Source of the DNA: Bispira polyomma
Lineage: Eukaryota
Assembly (NCBI GenBank): GCA_965649765.1
Contig: OZ287760.1
Location: forward strand, 6,448,001-6,512,000
DNA: 64,000 nt
Direction of reading: 5' to 3'
Within the stretch, counting starts at the first letter, position 1. Each line of letters starts with the position of its first letter. The notes under the pieces are model-generated. The model made no database searches. It was not told the origin of the DNA and saw nothing but the letters and a program-made list of their open reading frames with translations. This document shows, in pieces, positions 39,210 to 52,135 of this stretch. Both the position numbers and the translations under genes were made by a program.

Positions 39210-41274
39210 ATGCTGAATCTGGTGATATTTATTTGTTCGACATCACCTAGTTTTGCGAAAGGTACAACTGAGCAAGGGTCACTGATTACCATCGGTATGT
39301 CAGAGGAAGATCGCCAATTCACAAAACAGGACATGGACATGATTAGGGATGAGATAGCAATGCTAAAAGAAGCAGGTAAATGGCACAGTTTGTAAACATA
39401 GAGTCTCCTAGCTCCTCGTTTCTTTGTTGAAATGCACACTAAATTACTATGAAAATCACACATGAATGTTGTATGTGCATTATTAATAAGGTGTTTCCAG
39501 CATTTCTGTTTAATTGCAGTAAATTCAGATGTTTTGTTAGAGTTTATTTTATGTTTCTGTAATTCTTTTCAATGGTGAGTAAAGAGTTCCCCAAAGTAAC
39601 CAGTTTATACTCTGGTCAAAACAATGAATTGTTTGATAATTCATGGACCGGTTATACAAAGAAAAACACGATAACAGCTACTTGAAATTTACTTGCTAAC
39701 TATTGTACCTATGTTTGCAATACTGGAAATACATGATCAGATGGCAAATATACAGCAAATGGTCTCGACTGAACTCAAAAACATTAAAGACACAGGTCAG
39801 TCATTTGTTATACCTTTTTTGTGAATTCCTGTAACTTATACAATTCACTGTGGATAGGGCAAGGCTAACTGGACAGTAACACTCAAATAATGGATCAAAC
39901 ACGCATATCTACTATCACAGTACTAATGTTTACTATTATGTTTAAGGTTTAATTTTCATACTTTTTATCTGTGTTCATATGCCTAAATCCGACATTACTC
40001 TGCAGTATCCCGTAAATACTGGAATGTATTCAAATGCAACTCTGCCGTCAAGAAGAGGCAGTTTGACACTTCATATCCTCTGCTTGAATGCAGCTCCCCT
40101 TAAAAAGGCATGGTAGTTTATTAATAAAAAAATAACCAACCAAACAATCAAGCACTCTTTAAGGATTTTAACTTAAAAGCACGTACTACACAATCACTAG
40201 CCTTTCACCAAACTTGGGGGGGGGGGGCGCGGTGGCCTAGTGGTTATAAGCGTCAGCTTTGAAATCACTGGCCTCTCACCTCTGGAGATCAAATGGTTGC
40301 CAGTTCGCCTCCCCTCAATGTCTATGTAGGAAAGGTGGTAGTTCCTCACTGTAAGCCACCTTGATCAACTGTATCCAGCATTCCAACTATCCATCCCAAT
40401 ATAATCAAACTAATGGTACTAGAGTGAAAATCCAAATTCAAATTCAAACTCACCAAACTTGGATACAAATCCTGTTCATTCTTTCAAGTGTAAAAGTTTG
40501 TTAGGTACTTGCAACAGGTCAGTGGTTTACAGTGCTTCAGAACTGGTGTCTTCCACCATTGAGTTATGGTCATATTGATCTGACCTAAGCTATGACTTCA
40601 AAAGCAACTAAAACCAAATTCAAAACAAGGACATGTATATTTGATTATCATATCTATATATATTTTACCAAAAGCTCAGGTTTATCATATAATATTCAGA
40701 TATATTACAGTAAATGTTATCAAGGGCATGCAAAATTTAAAGTATAATTGTACTACACAAACTTTGTGCATAATAAATAACACTCAATCCTCATATATTG
40801 TTTTATATCTATAACACAGTTCAGAGGTATGTTTCAAGCAGAAGCATCAGTTTCTCTGCCTACATGGTCACTGATGAGATGATTTACCCTCCAGTAGGAG
40901 AAACAATCCCCTTCAAAGGTGTAGAGTTGAATGAAGGTGAAGCTTTCAACACCACTGACAGCATTTTTACTTGTCCCAACAGTGGTCAATATTTCTTTAC
41001 TGTTATGCTGTCCTCTGGTTTTCTGAACGATCCCAATAGGACAACGGTTAGGCTCGAGGTAGACAATACAAGTGTAAGTCGGACATGGTGCAGAAATACA
41101 GACACTGAGCATGCAGTGGGACTTCAGTGTTGTAACTCTGTAGTGACACAATCTCAAACTGGCCAGAAGGTGAGAGTTGCGTCATACAATGACGCTAACC
41201 AAATCCATTCCAGTAAATACAGCACATTTTCAGGCTTTCTTGTATATTCGGACATTGACCCGTGGCAGAATTGA
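39210..41274 (+). CDS. Secreted C1q-domain-containing protein (signal peptide, coiled coil, gC1q); exons 39210-39375, [39721-39795], 40820-41274
   Basis: gC1q motifs ISFSAY, IPFKGVELNEGEAFN, IFTCPNSGQYFF and YSTFSGFLV. Phase-1 donors GCAG|GTAAAT and ACAG|GTCAGT and acceptor ACAG|TT are in frame. Confidence 0.88.
40218..40449 (+). mobile_element. SINE family 1 copy nested in an older family-2 SINE, in a C1q intron
   Basis: Similar to 2481-2740; 13-bp TSD TCACCAAACTTGG at 40205-40217 and 40450-40462. Confidence 0.85.
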
Positions 41275-42354
41275 GAGACACCATGATTCATATTTATGTA
41301 ATACATGTAATGTGTGACATTAACCAAACTGTAGCAGGTCAGTGAGTAATCAAAGATAGAAAATAGTGTGACAATATGAAGGCTTTTTAAGTGGTGCTGT
41401 AGCTAACGATATATCTAAACAAATTTACTTCTGCCTAATTTCCTGGCATCATTGGTGAAATCCTGACCCATGGTTAATCAATTACACCCTAAATATACAC
41501 ATTGACATGGTATGCTCTGGTATTATAAATTGTTACAGCGTCCAATTAATGTCAGACATTTGCTATCATAAGTAGGCAATGGTATGAAACAAATTTTCCC
41601 AATATATGTTATCCCATAGTAACTATTATGATGTTACTGGGAGTACATACGGACACCTACTATTAACCAACTCCCTTACCAGGAGTCAAACCAGGGACTT
41701 TCAGGGACCAGCAAACCAAGTCCTAATCACTAGGTTTGTGAGATCATATTAGTGGATATATGTAATTCATCAACATTGTTTTATAGCTAAAAAAGAACAC
41801 ACATGTTGCATCACTCCTATTGTAACTAAACCCCGCGAGACAAAATGCAGTGAATAATCGTGTGCAGAATCTTTCATGGATGAATTCTGTTCATTACATT
41901 TTCGTAAAACTATCAGCGATGGTGCATTAGGTGTAATAATATTGTGTCAAACCTTAATAGTGTAGTTATACCAATAAAAATACTCAATCTGTGGAAAAAC
42001 ATATTCAAGCTCTAACTTAATCTTACCTAAAAGGAAAATTTACGTCAACTGATTAACAATACTTTAGAATATCTTTTATTATAATATTTAACAAGAATTA
42101 TAAAGCAAAGCAAACTTTTTCATTAAAATGCCAGGATTTGTGTACATTTTTCTGAAGCTACAATGCTTAAATAAGTAATGTCAGTTGTCTTAATTCATTT
42201 TGGTTTATATATATATTTCATTCACTTGTATAGACTACAACGTTGAAGTTAAAATAATTATTAGCAAACACTGGTTTCTGCATGACTGTTTCTATGAAAT
42301 ACACTAATCTATTGATATATCATGGCATCTCACTAATATCATTATTCTATTCAG

Positions 42355-42840
42355 GAATTGGTTTAAAAAAAGGTGTGAGCAAAACACACATATAAACTTT
42401 GGATTTGATTCAGGACCTAGTAACAAGTGGTTTCGGGAGTTTAAGAAGAGGCATTCCAACATAAAATGGGAGGTGCCTCAAACTCTGGATCCGAGCAGAG
42501 CATCCCAGAGTGATGAATAGACGATAATAAAGTTTTTTTAACTTGCTAGGTAACTGATTCCTTATAACACAATATTTCCCTTAAATATCAGTTGAACTGC
42601 AGAATATTAGCCAACAGGTCATGTTTCTTAATTATTTTGACACAAATACTTTTTCAATATTATGTCCACTCAATATGTTCAACAAATATAGGAATATGTG
42701 TACCGAATAATACATATTAAAAAGAAAATTATTTGTGAACACTACAGAACGTGTTCTGAAGAAAAATGGCATTATGGATGTTGCAGGTAAAATATTCAAC
42801 TGTGGTGAAAGTGGCGTTAACAGTCATGTGCAAACAAGTT
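42355..42840 (+). pseudogene. pogo/Tigger-like (CENP-B HTH + DDE_1) transposase remnant with an intron
   Basis: GPSNKWFREFKKRH..PQTLDPSRA, donor CTAG|GTAACT, acceptor TACAG|, then IFNCGESG (the IxNxDETG motif with D to G). Confidence 0.7.
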
Positions 42841-43020
42841 TGGACCTTTATTGGCTTTCACACAAATGAACACTGATTTAAATTGTGCAATCCTATACAC
42901 ATATATGTACTGTTTGAAAAAAATGTCATGTTTCTTAATTATTTTGACACAAATACTTTTTCAATATTATGTCCACTCAATATGTTCAACAAATATATTT
43001 TTCGAACCAAGTTTGATTTT

Positions 43021-44497
43021 GTCAGCGATCCAGAATCCTGTGAACAGGCTGCCACCTGTTACACAGAGTACGATTTTGATACGATGCATGGACTATCTGT
43101 CACGGATCAGTCAGGAGAGCGTCCCAGCAGTTCCTATTGCTTCTGCTACACCACAGCCAAGGGCTCCGTTTGTACCTGTTGCTGCTCCAGCTCCAGTGTC
43201 TGCTTTACCTACATTTTGGATGGCATCACCTTCTGGGGTGATGACCCAAGTTATTGCTCTACCAACTAGGCCTAGCGAGGTTTTTATGCCTTTGCCTTGA
43301 ATGACTGGAGCTAGGCATACTTTAGTTGACTCACCTTTTGGGGTGAATCGACCTGAATATGGTTATGTCCTTCCCGAGTTCGCAGCTGTCAGTGCTGCTG
43401 TAGGGTCACCCTTTGAGGTGAGGAACCCGTCTGCTTTTGAGTACACTTCCACTCCGAGACAGTCTATAGTTTCACATACTACAACTCTCGCGCCAGTGGT
43501 ATGTTCTTCTCATTTGATGACCTTTATGTCCACTGGTGTCGTACAGACTAGTTGTGTGCAGAGTACCTCAACTACAGACAGTATAATTTCTCCTATACTT
43601 GCGATCCCTAGGATCTCCACAGAAAGTTTGGGTGAGGATTTAGGTGGAGTAGAACAGAAACAACAGCATTTGAAAGTGACCTTAGACAGTACAGGTACTC
43701 CTGATGATAGTGTGGCTTTTGAACAGGAGGATGAATGGGACGATCCAAGGGTGCAGGGTGCATCAGTGATTCACCCAGATGTAGGATTACCATTTCACCA
43801 CCAAATTGCACCGGAAGTCTTACTTATTGGCGCATGGTAATTGCTATTATGAATGCTGTGGGGATTATGAGATTGGCTAGTGATCCTTCCGCATCAATGC
43901 TTGGTTCATCTCCTCATGCGGAGATGATTGATAGTCATACTCATGTATCAGAAACCCGTTTGAAGTATGTGAAGATAGCTGCTTTGATGAACGTTTACTG
44001 TTTTCTGGATAAGGAAAAGTTTCTGTCTGAGGAACAAGCAGTTAAACAACCGGTGGGGAACAGTTCACCTGTTTTCCAGAATTTCGGAGAACATCCGAAA
44101 GTGTGCAACAAATGCAGTCAAGAAGCTTTAAATGCTGTTAATGCAGCAAGTCGGTATCCAGCCTGTGTGGCTTTTGGAGAATTTGGGTTGGATTACTCTA
44201 GTGAGAATCACAACAGGAAAAGTCAGAAGGACATGTTGAAAGAACAGTTATTTATAGCAAACAAGCGTCTTTTGCCTGTGATCATCCATTGCCAGGATAG
44301 AGCGTGCCGTAGTGAGGCTTTCGACGATTGCCTTCAGATTTTGTCTGAAAGTTTGTTATCAGCACATCCCATTTATCTGCATTGTTTCACAGGGGAAAAC
44401 AGATTTGTAAAAATTGGCTAGCAAAGTTTCCCGCAATGTACGGTCTACTCGTCTTAATGCGGAGGCATTTTTTAGATTGGCAGGGAAATTGAAATAG
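43021..44497 (+). pseudogene. Intronless ORF with low-complexity N-terminus and C-terminal TatD-like metal-dependent nuclease; degenerate
   Basis: TatD motifs IDSHTH, AFGEFGLDY, LPVIIHC and IYLHCFTG. After a frameshift/deletion comes the terminal helix STRLNAEAFF and stop TAG at 44497. In-frame stop at 43298 and frameshift near 43790. Confidence 0.82.
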
Positions 44498-44557
44498 AGA
44501 ATGGTGTTAGTGGATTCCCTTTTGAAGGGAATGGGGAGGAGGACTGTTTAGTACATT

Positions 44558-45111
44558 TGTTGTAGTGTTGTTTTCACCTAATGGGTGAGTGTATTAGTTG
44601 TTATTACCCTGTTCCTACCTACCTTGTTACTACCTTGTTACTAAATAACAAGTGATAAATGAAAAAGTGAAATATGATCATAGTTTCATAATGGAATCAG
44701 GTTATAGTTGAGTGATAAATAAAATTAATAATTAAATCAGTTAATGGCTGAGTGTTAAATGGATCCGAGAGTCTAATCGGCTATTAGCTGAGTGTGGTAT
44801 CACGGTGATTAGTGACATAGTATGCACGGCTGATCACAGGAATATTATCTGGATACATCAGTGATTAGCAGGATGAATTACTAGTGAATGTGTTGCTTGA
44901 TCTCGTAGTTTTCAGAAGGATACCACATGCAGGCCATCTCGGTCACACTGCCCCAACTCTTGTGACGAGTATATAAGCGGCTGTGGCAGATGAAGACGGA
45001 GCCAGTGTAAAAGATCATTTCAAATAGTAAGTTATATGTTAAACAGTCTATATTTATGTGTCTGTGTATTGAACCCATATATTAATGTATTCGTTGTATG
45101 AGAATACAACA
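44558..45111 (+). mobile_element. LTR (TGTTGTA...TACAACA)
   Basis: 7-bp inverted termini, internal TATAAG near 44972 and a GT-rich 3' part. Flanks ACATT/ATATT match 4 of 5 (possible TSD). A purine tract lies just upstream at 44524-44543. Confidence 0.7.
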
Positions 45112-45554
45112 ATATTTCCAAAACGTGGATAACGAGGCAAACGTATTTCTAAAATGGCTGATAATTTAAACATAATTGAAACGACTATAAAAACGTATTA
45201 AATGCATGTACAAACGTGTAAAGATGCGTACGGAACGTGTACAAAATTGCCCATACATTGATTATGCTACGTTTTCCCAATTTTCCTAGAGCTTTTCACT
45301 TTGTTTTCTCCTGTTTACGAAATTAAACGCGAACGGACTCAGTGTGACCACAGGATTAGTAAGAAAATTTATCAGAAAATATAAAACAGGAAATGATTTT
45401 ACCGCTAAGCAACCTTTTATGTTGAAACTTTACTCAATATAGCACGTCACAGCTAACAAACCTATTTTCTGTAACTAGTACTACTCATGTGGCAACAGAG
45501 TCACATCTACTCTCTTTAATGTACATGTAACCAACACAACTTTTACAGTGGGTG

Positions 45555-46740
45555 TTTTTTTTTTGTTTTTTTTTAATGTGTTTTTTTTTTAATTGTCCTC
45601 AGTAACAAAGTAATACAAAAAAAGAAAAGAATAAAATACACTGTTTTTAATACATAGAATACATCAATTTAACTTTTTTTGTGTTATGTTGTTACAGTTA
45701 ACAACTCATACATTTAAGAACAATTTCGTCCTCCTGACTACACTAACTAAACCACTGTTTTACAGTAAATTCAATGTTACTTTCACACCAATCAACACAA
45801 GTTACAATTTTGTCATTCAGGCACTTTTCTTTTAATTTACAAAGAGAGATTGACTCCCACTTAGTCCAATAAGTCTTAAATTTATTTATCAAAATTATTT
45901 ATCAAATTCATCAAGGTGAAGCGCTTTTAATTTAAACTTTCAAGGCCTTCAAGGAGAGTCTTCCATTACGATGTATGGAATCAAATATGTACTTCTTTAC
46001 TGTCAAAATTAAAGCAATCATAAGGACATTATTTGGGTGGTTCAACTGGTAGCCGAAGATTATTGTGAAGTCAGAAAAATTAACTTTAACTTTCAGGAGA
46101 TCATTTATATGTTCTGCGATAATTTTCCAAAACTTTTTTGTTTCGGAGCACTCAACAAACATGTGCATCAAGGTTTCATTTTCCCTGTTGCATCTGACAC
46201 ACTGTGTGTCCTCCACAACATTTAGCTTCTTTAGATAGTTTCTAGTAGCTGTCAATCTATAGATTATTTCAAGTTGAAACCAAATCAGCTTGTTATTAGT
46301 AACTGTCTTAAAACATATTCTAAATATTCCCCTCCAAGTTCTATTATCAATGTTTATTTTCAAGTCAATATTCCATTTTAGTTTCATGTTATGATTGTTG
46401 TCATCATTTATTACGAAGTCTTGTGCACCTTTGCTAGATTTATACAAAATTGTCGAATGACCAGGGATGAAGGGTTTTTTAATTACCGGTATGTGACCTG
46501 TGTTTTTGCTTTTTCTTTTGATATATATGCATTGACATTCAGTTTCATTTGATAATATTGTAAGAGATTCTAGTTATCAACTCTGTAAATATCTTTTAAT
46601 TCATCTAATGTTAAGAAAGAACCCTGTTGATTCAAAACATTGGAATTTATTGATATACCATTTTTAAACTATTCTGGAAGAATAAGGGTCACACCAGAGA
46701 TTTCACTATTAAACCATAAAGGGCTTGTCAATGTATCCTG
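45555..46740 (-). mobile_element. L1/Tx1 LINE 3' fragment (zf-RVT)
   Basis: WFQLEIIYR..CVRCNRENETLMHMFVEC..KFW; poly(T) near 45555. Confidence 0.85.
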
Positions 46741-47409
46741 TCAGTGTACGACGCTTGATCATCAATTCCCATAAATTATAAATTTCTAAAGTTTATGAAT
46801 TTTAAACTTTTATACTCCTCAGCTGTTGTTAAAAAGAAAAAGAAGAAGCAGTCAGTAATTTGACAGTTAAGAAGAAAATTTTTTGAAAAAATAATAATAA
46901 TTTGTGTGTGAACCAGGTATCTGTACTTTTTGTAAATCACTGTGTTTTAGTTATATTCATAACAAATTACTGGCCATGGTAAAATGCAATTTTGAATCAA
47001 TGCAAAGAACTAGGATTATCTATGAATTTTCACATTTTCCCAGAAGAAACCAAGAACATATTTCTTTGTAACATTTATGAAAAACCACTATGCAATTTTC
47101 GGATGCTCTGAAAGATAAACAGATCAGTCCTATATAGGACTAAAGAGAAGTTGGTATGTCACTGGAAATGTTGATTTCCAATTGTTTGGACTGTTTCACC
47201 TATATTTCATGGATTAAAATAAACACAGTCCCCATTTGCAACTAGTTTGACGAATGAATAGTTTTTACAAAATTTTGTACCTGTTTCTGCTTTTCTACAA
47301 CCCCACATAAAATGTGATAAGGACATGCTATATTACGAAAGAGTATTGGCGCCACATTGTAGTGTTTTAAAATATCACATTTGTGTTGTTGAAGTTCAAA
47401 ACTTTAATA

Positions 47410-47790
47410 CTTCGCTGAAAACTTCAACAATACGCTAAAAACTTCAACAATATGCTAAAAACGTCAACAATACGCTGAAAACTTCAACAATACACTGAAA
47501 ACTTTACCACTACATTAAATACTTCAACACTATGCTGAACACTTCTTTAACAATACGCTGAAAACATATCATAAAGTTCTGGGAACAAGATAAAGTTATG
47601 GGAATGATATAATTATTTTGTTAAACGAGATAAAGTCGTGGGAACGAGATAAAGTCCTGGGAACGAGATAAAGTTGTGGGAATAAGATAAAGTCGTGGGA
47701 ACGACATAATCCCAAGGGAAAAAGATCATCTTGAGGGAGGAGATGATCTTGAGTGAATGAGATGATCGTGATAGAACAAAATTATCTTGA
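47410..47790 (+). repeat. Two subterminal tandem arrays (units about TACGCTGAAAACTTCAACAA and GGGAACGAGATAAAGTCGT)
   Basis: Directly visible tandem units of about 20 bp. Confidence 0.9.
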
Positions 47791-47799
47791 TTGAATAAC

Positions 47800-49420
47800 G
47801 GGCTTCAAAGTTTCAAATTTACTCCAGACACTTTCTGAGAATGATGTCCTCAAACTCAAATTGAGAAAGCAGTTGCAAAACAAATCCATGACTACCTTGA
47901 CAAACAAAAACTTGCTAGCTCCCACCAGTATGCTTACAGAAGTTTAACTCCACTGAAAGTAACCTCCTCTCCAGCAGTAATGTTGCGCCATAGAAGATGC
48001 CTAGCAGCAATAAAGGGTGTTAAAAATGCATAATAATAATTAACCTTGCTTTAAATCGTGATGAAACTGTAGCCCTCACCCTTCCTAGGTCTCTCAGCTG
48101 CTTTTGATACCATCGACCATGATCTATTTTTACCTGAAAAAGTGGTTTAGACTAAATGGCACAGTCCTAGCTGTATTAGATCATTTCTGACCTCCAGAAC
48201 CCCAAAAATCCAACTGGATGATCAGTTTTCATTCTCATTCAGCATACTTTTCAGAGTGTGCCAGGGGTCGGTCCTCTGACCTGTACTTTTTACACTCTAT
48301 ATACACATCCCCTTAGCACAGATATCAATAATCGCAATGTTAAAGATGATTGTATGCTGACGACACTCGTATATCATTATTATGCAGTAGAAAAATACAT
48401 TTTATAGAAATTTTCCAATTTGCTTACTGTATTTTCAATAACTTGACCATCCCTCTCTACTTTAACAGTAACAAAATCTTTGAAGGTATTGTGAAGATCA
48501 TAAGGAAGGATGTGGGGTGTTCAAAAGGGAACTAAGGGAGGGTGGGCGAATTTGAAAAGATGGAGTTTAAGCTTTTCTTATAAAACAGAAAGTCGTTCAA
48601 GTCATCTAAACTCACCAGGGGACTATTCCATAACATAGGTGCAGCAATAAAAAAAGTTCTAGATTCAACTCTGTTGGTAGGTTTTACAGAGGAAACAGAA
48701 AGTCTCTTTTTCCTTCTAAGGTCACTAAAGGAAAGGCAGTCAGCAAGGTAGGAGGGCTGTTGTAAGATAAAAACTTTGAAAGTAGTTATATGAATTGTAA
48801 ACAAAATATGATAATGAATGGGAAGCTAATGCAGTTTTTTGAGGCTTTGGAGAGACCCAGTGGAAAATCGGCTCAAAGGAATTGCAAGAGTCTAGACGGC
48901 TGCGAACAAGGAAATTTTAATATTTTGTGAAACTATTTTAATTATACGTTAAAATGGGAATATAATGTAAATAAAATAAATACATTAATATTAATAGTTT
49001 AACACATAGTGTTGTACAGTGTAACTCTACTAAAAATATTAAAAATAAAATTTCCCAAACTTGTTATAACTTGGTGTTTTCTGTGTTCATTTACTTGTTA
49101 AAAAATAACCTCTTCATTTTGAACTAGCTTAACTTGAGTTGGACTTGCTTTGAGCAACTTGGGCTTAGATCATGTTTGGTTGAAGACTGTGGGGAAAAAT
49201 GATCTCACTGTGATAAATTCATTACTACTAATACTACTAATAAATTCAGTTTTGACAAGGTTTAATTTCAATTTGGAGTAATTCATCCAAGCCTGGACTG
49301 AGGAGAGACAATGAGCAAGTAGACCAAGGTTTTTGTGGGCTTTGTGGGCGTTGATAGAAAGATAGATTTGAGTGTTATCAGCATACATGTGGTATTTAAC
49401 ATTGTGATTATAAATAATTA
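47800..49420. mobile_element. L2/CR1 LINE RT fragments (plus 47800-48370; minus 48530-49420) inside the TIR element
   Basis: LSAAFDTIDH, QGSVL and YADDT on plus; YADNTQIY..KLKLN and FFIAAPMLWNS on minus. Confidence 0.75.
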
Positions 49421-51294
49421 TTCAACTGATATGACTCTAATATCCATACGATTTAATTCCTGGAATATGCTTGCCTTTGATTTACAACAAGGTTCAAGAA
49501 ACGGCTTTTTTCAGATCCACCTATATTGTTCTAAAACAATTACCAAGCAGTTATGTTGGTTTATTGCATTTAAATTTATACTCTTACTTAAAGGTATTCA
49601 AAGGATATTCTTTAATACCGAAGTCCAGCCAACCCAAACCAGTAACTGTCATTACCCTACCCAAAGAGAAAAGCTTAAGTATGACCATTTATCAACTTCC
49701 AAGGTTCTTTGACAGAGGACCATCATTTTAAGATGCCATCCTATTTATCTGCTTGTTTCTGGTCCTCTGCATTCCTAAGCAAGTGTATTGATAGTAAATG
49801 AAGTATAGTGGCTTTTTAAGAGATTGAATGGTGAAAAAGTTACATGGATAAACAGTAATGTGACTTAAAGTTTAGTTTATTAATATTAATTGAGCCTTGC
49901 TGGTGTAATTGTACCACTTCCCTCCCACCTCTGCAGTTGTGGGGTTAAATCTCGAAACGAAAATATTGGAAAGTTGGCAGTTGACTTGATGATGGCCAGT
50001 GGTTTGTACAGCAGAAAACCATGACCAACTACTCTATTGATTTCTTCATTCAGTGGACTGCTCATCATTAGCATCTTCCCACCCTGGGATTTGAAACCAG
50101 ATGACAACCTTCAGACATATTAAAGTGAACAATACAGCATTCTAAAAATACTAGCTAAATTAATTATTTGTCCAAAACCGATGCAGCACTAGTTTCTGAG
50201 TCAAATAATCACTTCACTTAGCATTCAATGTTGTGTTGTAATGTATATTTTTAGCGTGTTTATTGATGTGAGGCATCTTCTTAAGTGCAATAACCTATTC
50301 AATCAACCAATCATGTGTCCTACAACATAGCCTGGGTTGTCATCAATAGGCAATGATGTGTTCACATCTTGCCTAGGGATGTTATCCCACCAGTGAAACC
50401 TCTAGCATCAATAATAAGTAAGATATGACACATTCAAATTCAAATGACCCTGGTTTGACCTTGAAGAGGAGATCTAACCAGCTCAATATACTCCCAGCCC
50501 ATGGTTTCCACAATATATTCCAAACCCTTAAAACCAATAATAGGTTATTATAAGACATAAGATCAAACGCATTAAAACTTTAGCGACCCCAGTGTGACCT
50601 TGAAGGGGACGAGATACATTAATAGGAAGGGGGGGTGTTTATATACCAGCTATTCACACCTCGGGGCAAGACAGTGTCAAAAATGTGTGCGTGTGAGCAA
50701 TTTCTCTATACATTTATCCCAAATCATTTCAGACTTCAGGGAAAGCCTCATATTACAAATTGCAGAACATGGGATGAATTTTACTGGTCACATGACTGTT
50801 TTAAGGTGAAGGTCGGCCGGCTTCCCCGCGCTTGCAGTGTATATTTTAGGACCAGGCCACATGTGTAGTATGTAGACCAGTGAATTAAAAAACAGAGGTG
50901 TCAGGAAAAATCTGACTGGCTCATTAGACTCCCAATCGATGGTTTCCTATTATCTTACAATGCATTTCATACCTTTTGGACCAATAATAAGTGAAATATA
51001 AGGCAATGTGTAAGTTCAAAAAATGCAATTATAACAAACTATCAGAAATCTCTAGGACTTCTGGTTTTAGAGAAGAATGCCAATGAGAACTGCAGAGTGA
51101 TGCCAATGTTTGCATGACTTCGTCAGCTGACATAATAGTGTGTAGTGTAGTTTCTATCTGTGTTAATCATGACCGAAAATAAGTAAATTTGTGTATTTGT
51201 CTTCCTCCAATGTAGCTTCGGCCTGTCACATTGTTAATATTTACCCTTTATTCTCAGGGTCATCTCATTTCCATAACATAACATCTTTTTTCAC

Positions 51295-52135
51295 ACAACT
51301 TTATCTCGTTCCGTTGACTTTATCTTGTTTCCACAACTTTATCTCGTTATAAGGAGATAATTATCTTGTTCCCATGACTGTATCTCGTTTGGATAACTGT
51401 TTCTCGTTCTCACGACTTTATCTCATTCCCACGACTGTATCTCGTTCCCATGACTATATCTTGTTCCGACAACTTTATCTTGTTATAACGAGATAACTAT
51501 CTTGTTTCCACAACCTTATCTTGTTGTAACGAGATAATTATCATGTTCCCACAACTTTATCTTGTTATAACGAGATAATTATCACGTGCCCATGACTTTA
51601 TCTCGTTGTAACAAAATTATCATCTCGTTCCCACGACTTTATCTCGTTATAACAAAATTATCATCTCATTCCCATGACATAATCTCATTCTCACGACTTT
51701 ATCTCATTGCCATAACTTAATTATCTCGTTATAACGAGACAACAGGTCCAGACATAAATCTTGGTGTCCTAAAAGGGACTTAGTAGTTTTCATCATTGTT
51801 GGCAAAGTTTTCAGTGTATTGTTGAAGTTTTCAGCATATTGTTGGCGAAATTTTCAGCATAGTGTTGAAGTTTTCAGCGTAGTGTTGAAGTTTTCAGCAT
51901 AGTGTTGAAGTTTTCAGCGTATTGTTGAAGAAGTTTCCAGCGTATTGTTGAAATTTTTCAACGTATTTTTGATGTTTTCAGCGTTGTGTTGAAGTTTTTA
52001 GCGTATTGTTGAAGTTTTCTGCATATTGTTGATATTTTCAGCGTATTGTTGAAGTTTTTAACGTAGTGTTGAAGTTTTTAAAGTATTGTTGAAGTTTTCA
52101 GCAAATTGTTGAAGAAGTTTCCAGCATATTGTTGA
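51295..52135 (-). repeat. Inverted, expanded copies of the two subterminal tandem arrays
   Basis: ACTTTATCTCGTTCCC-type units at 51295-51740 and TTGTTGAAGTTTTCAGCGTA-type units at 51795-52135. Confidence 0.9.

Noticed and set aside
43735-44421. Bacterial contamination or an intact tatD gene
   Set aside because: It is embedded among eukaryotic TEs, has a long low-complexity N-terminus and frameshifts, and lacks the ETD motif segment.
50380-51100. TGACCTT-rich segment, possibly a non-autonomous Helitron/Helentron-type repeat
   Set aside because: Termini could not be defined, so it is not supportable as a feature.
47410-52135. Regular ~20-bp repeats resembling a CRISPR array
   Set aside because: Units are head-to-tail with no unique spacers, there are no cas genes, and they are mirrored inside TIRs in eukaryotic DNA.
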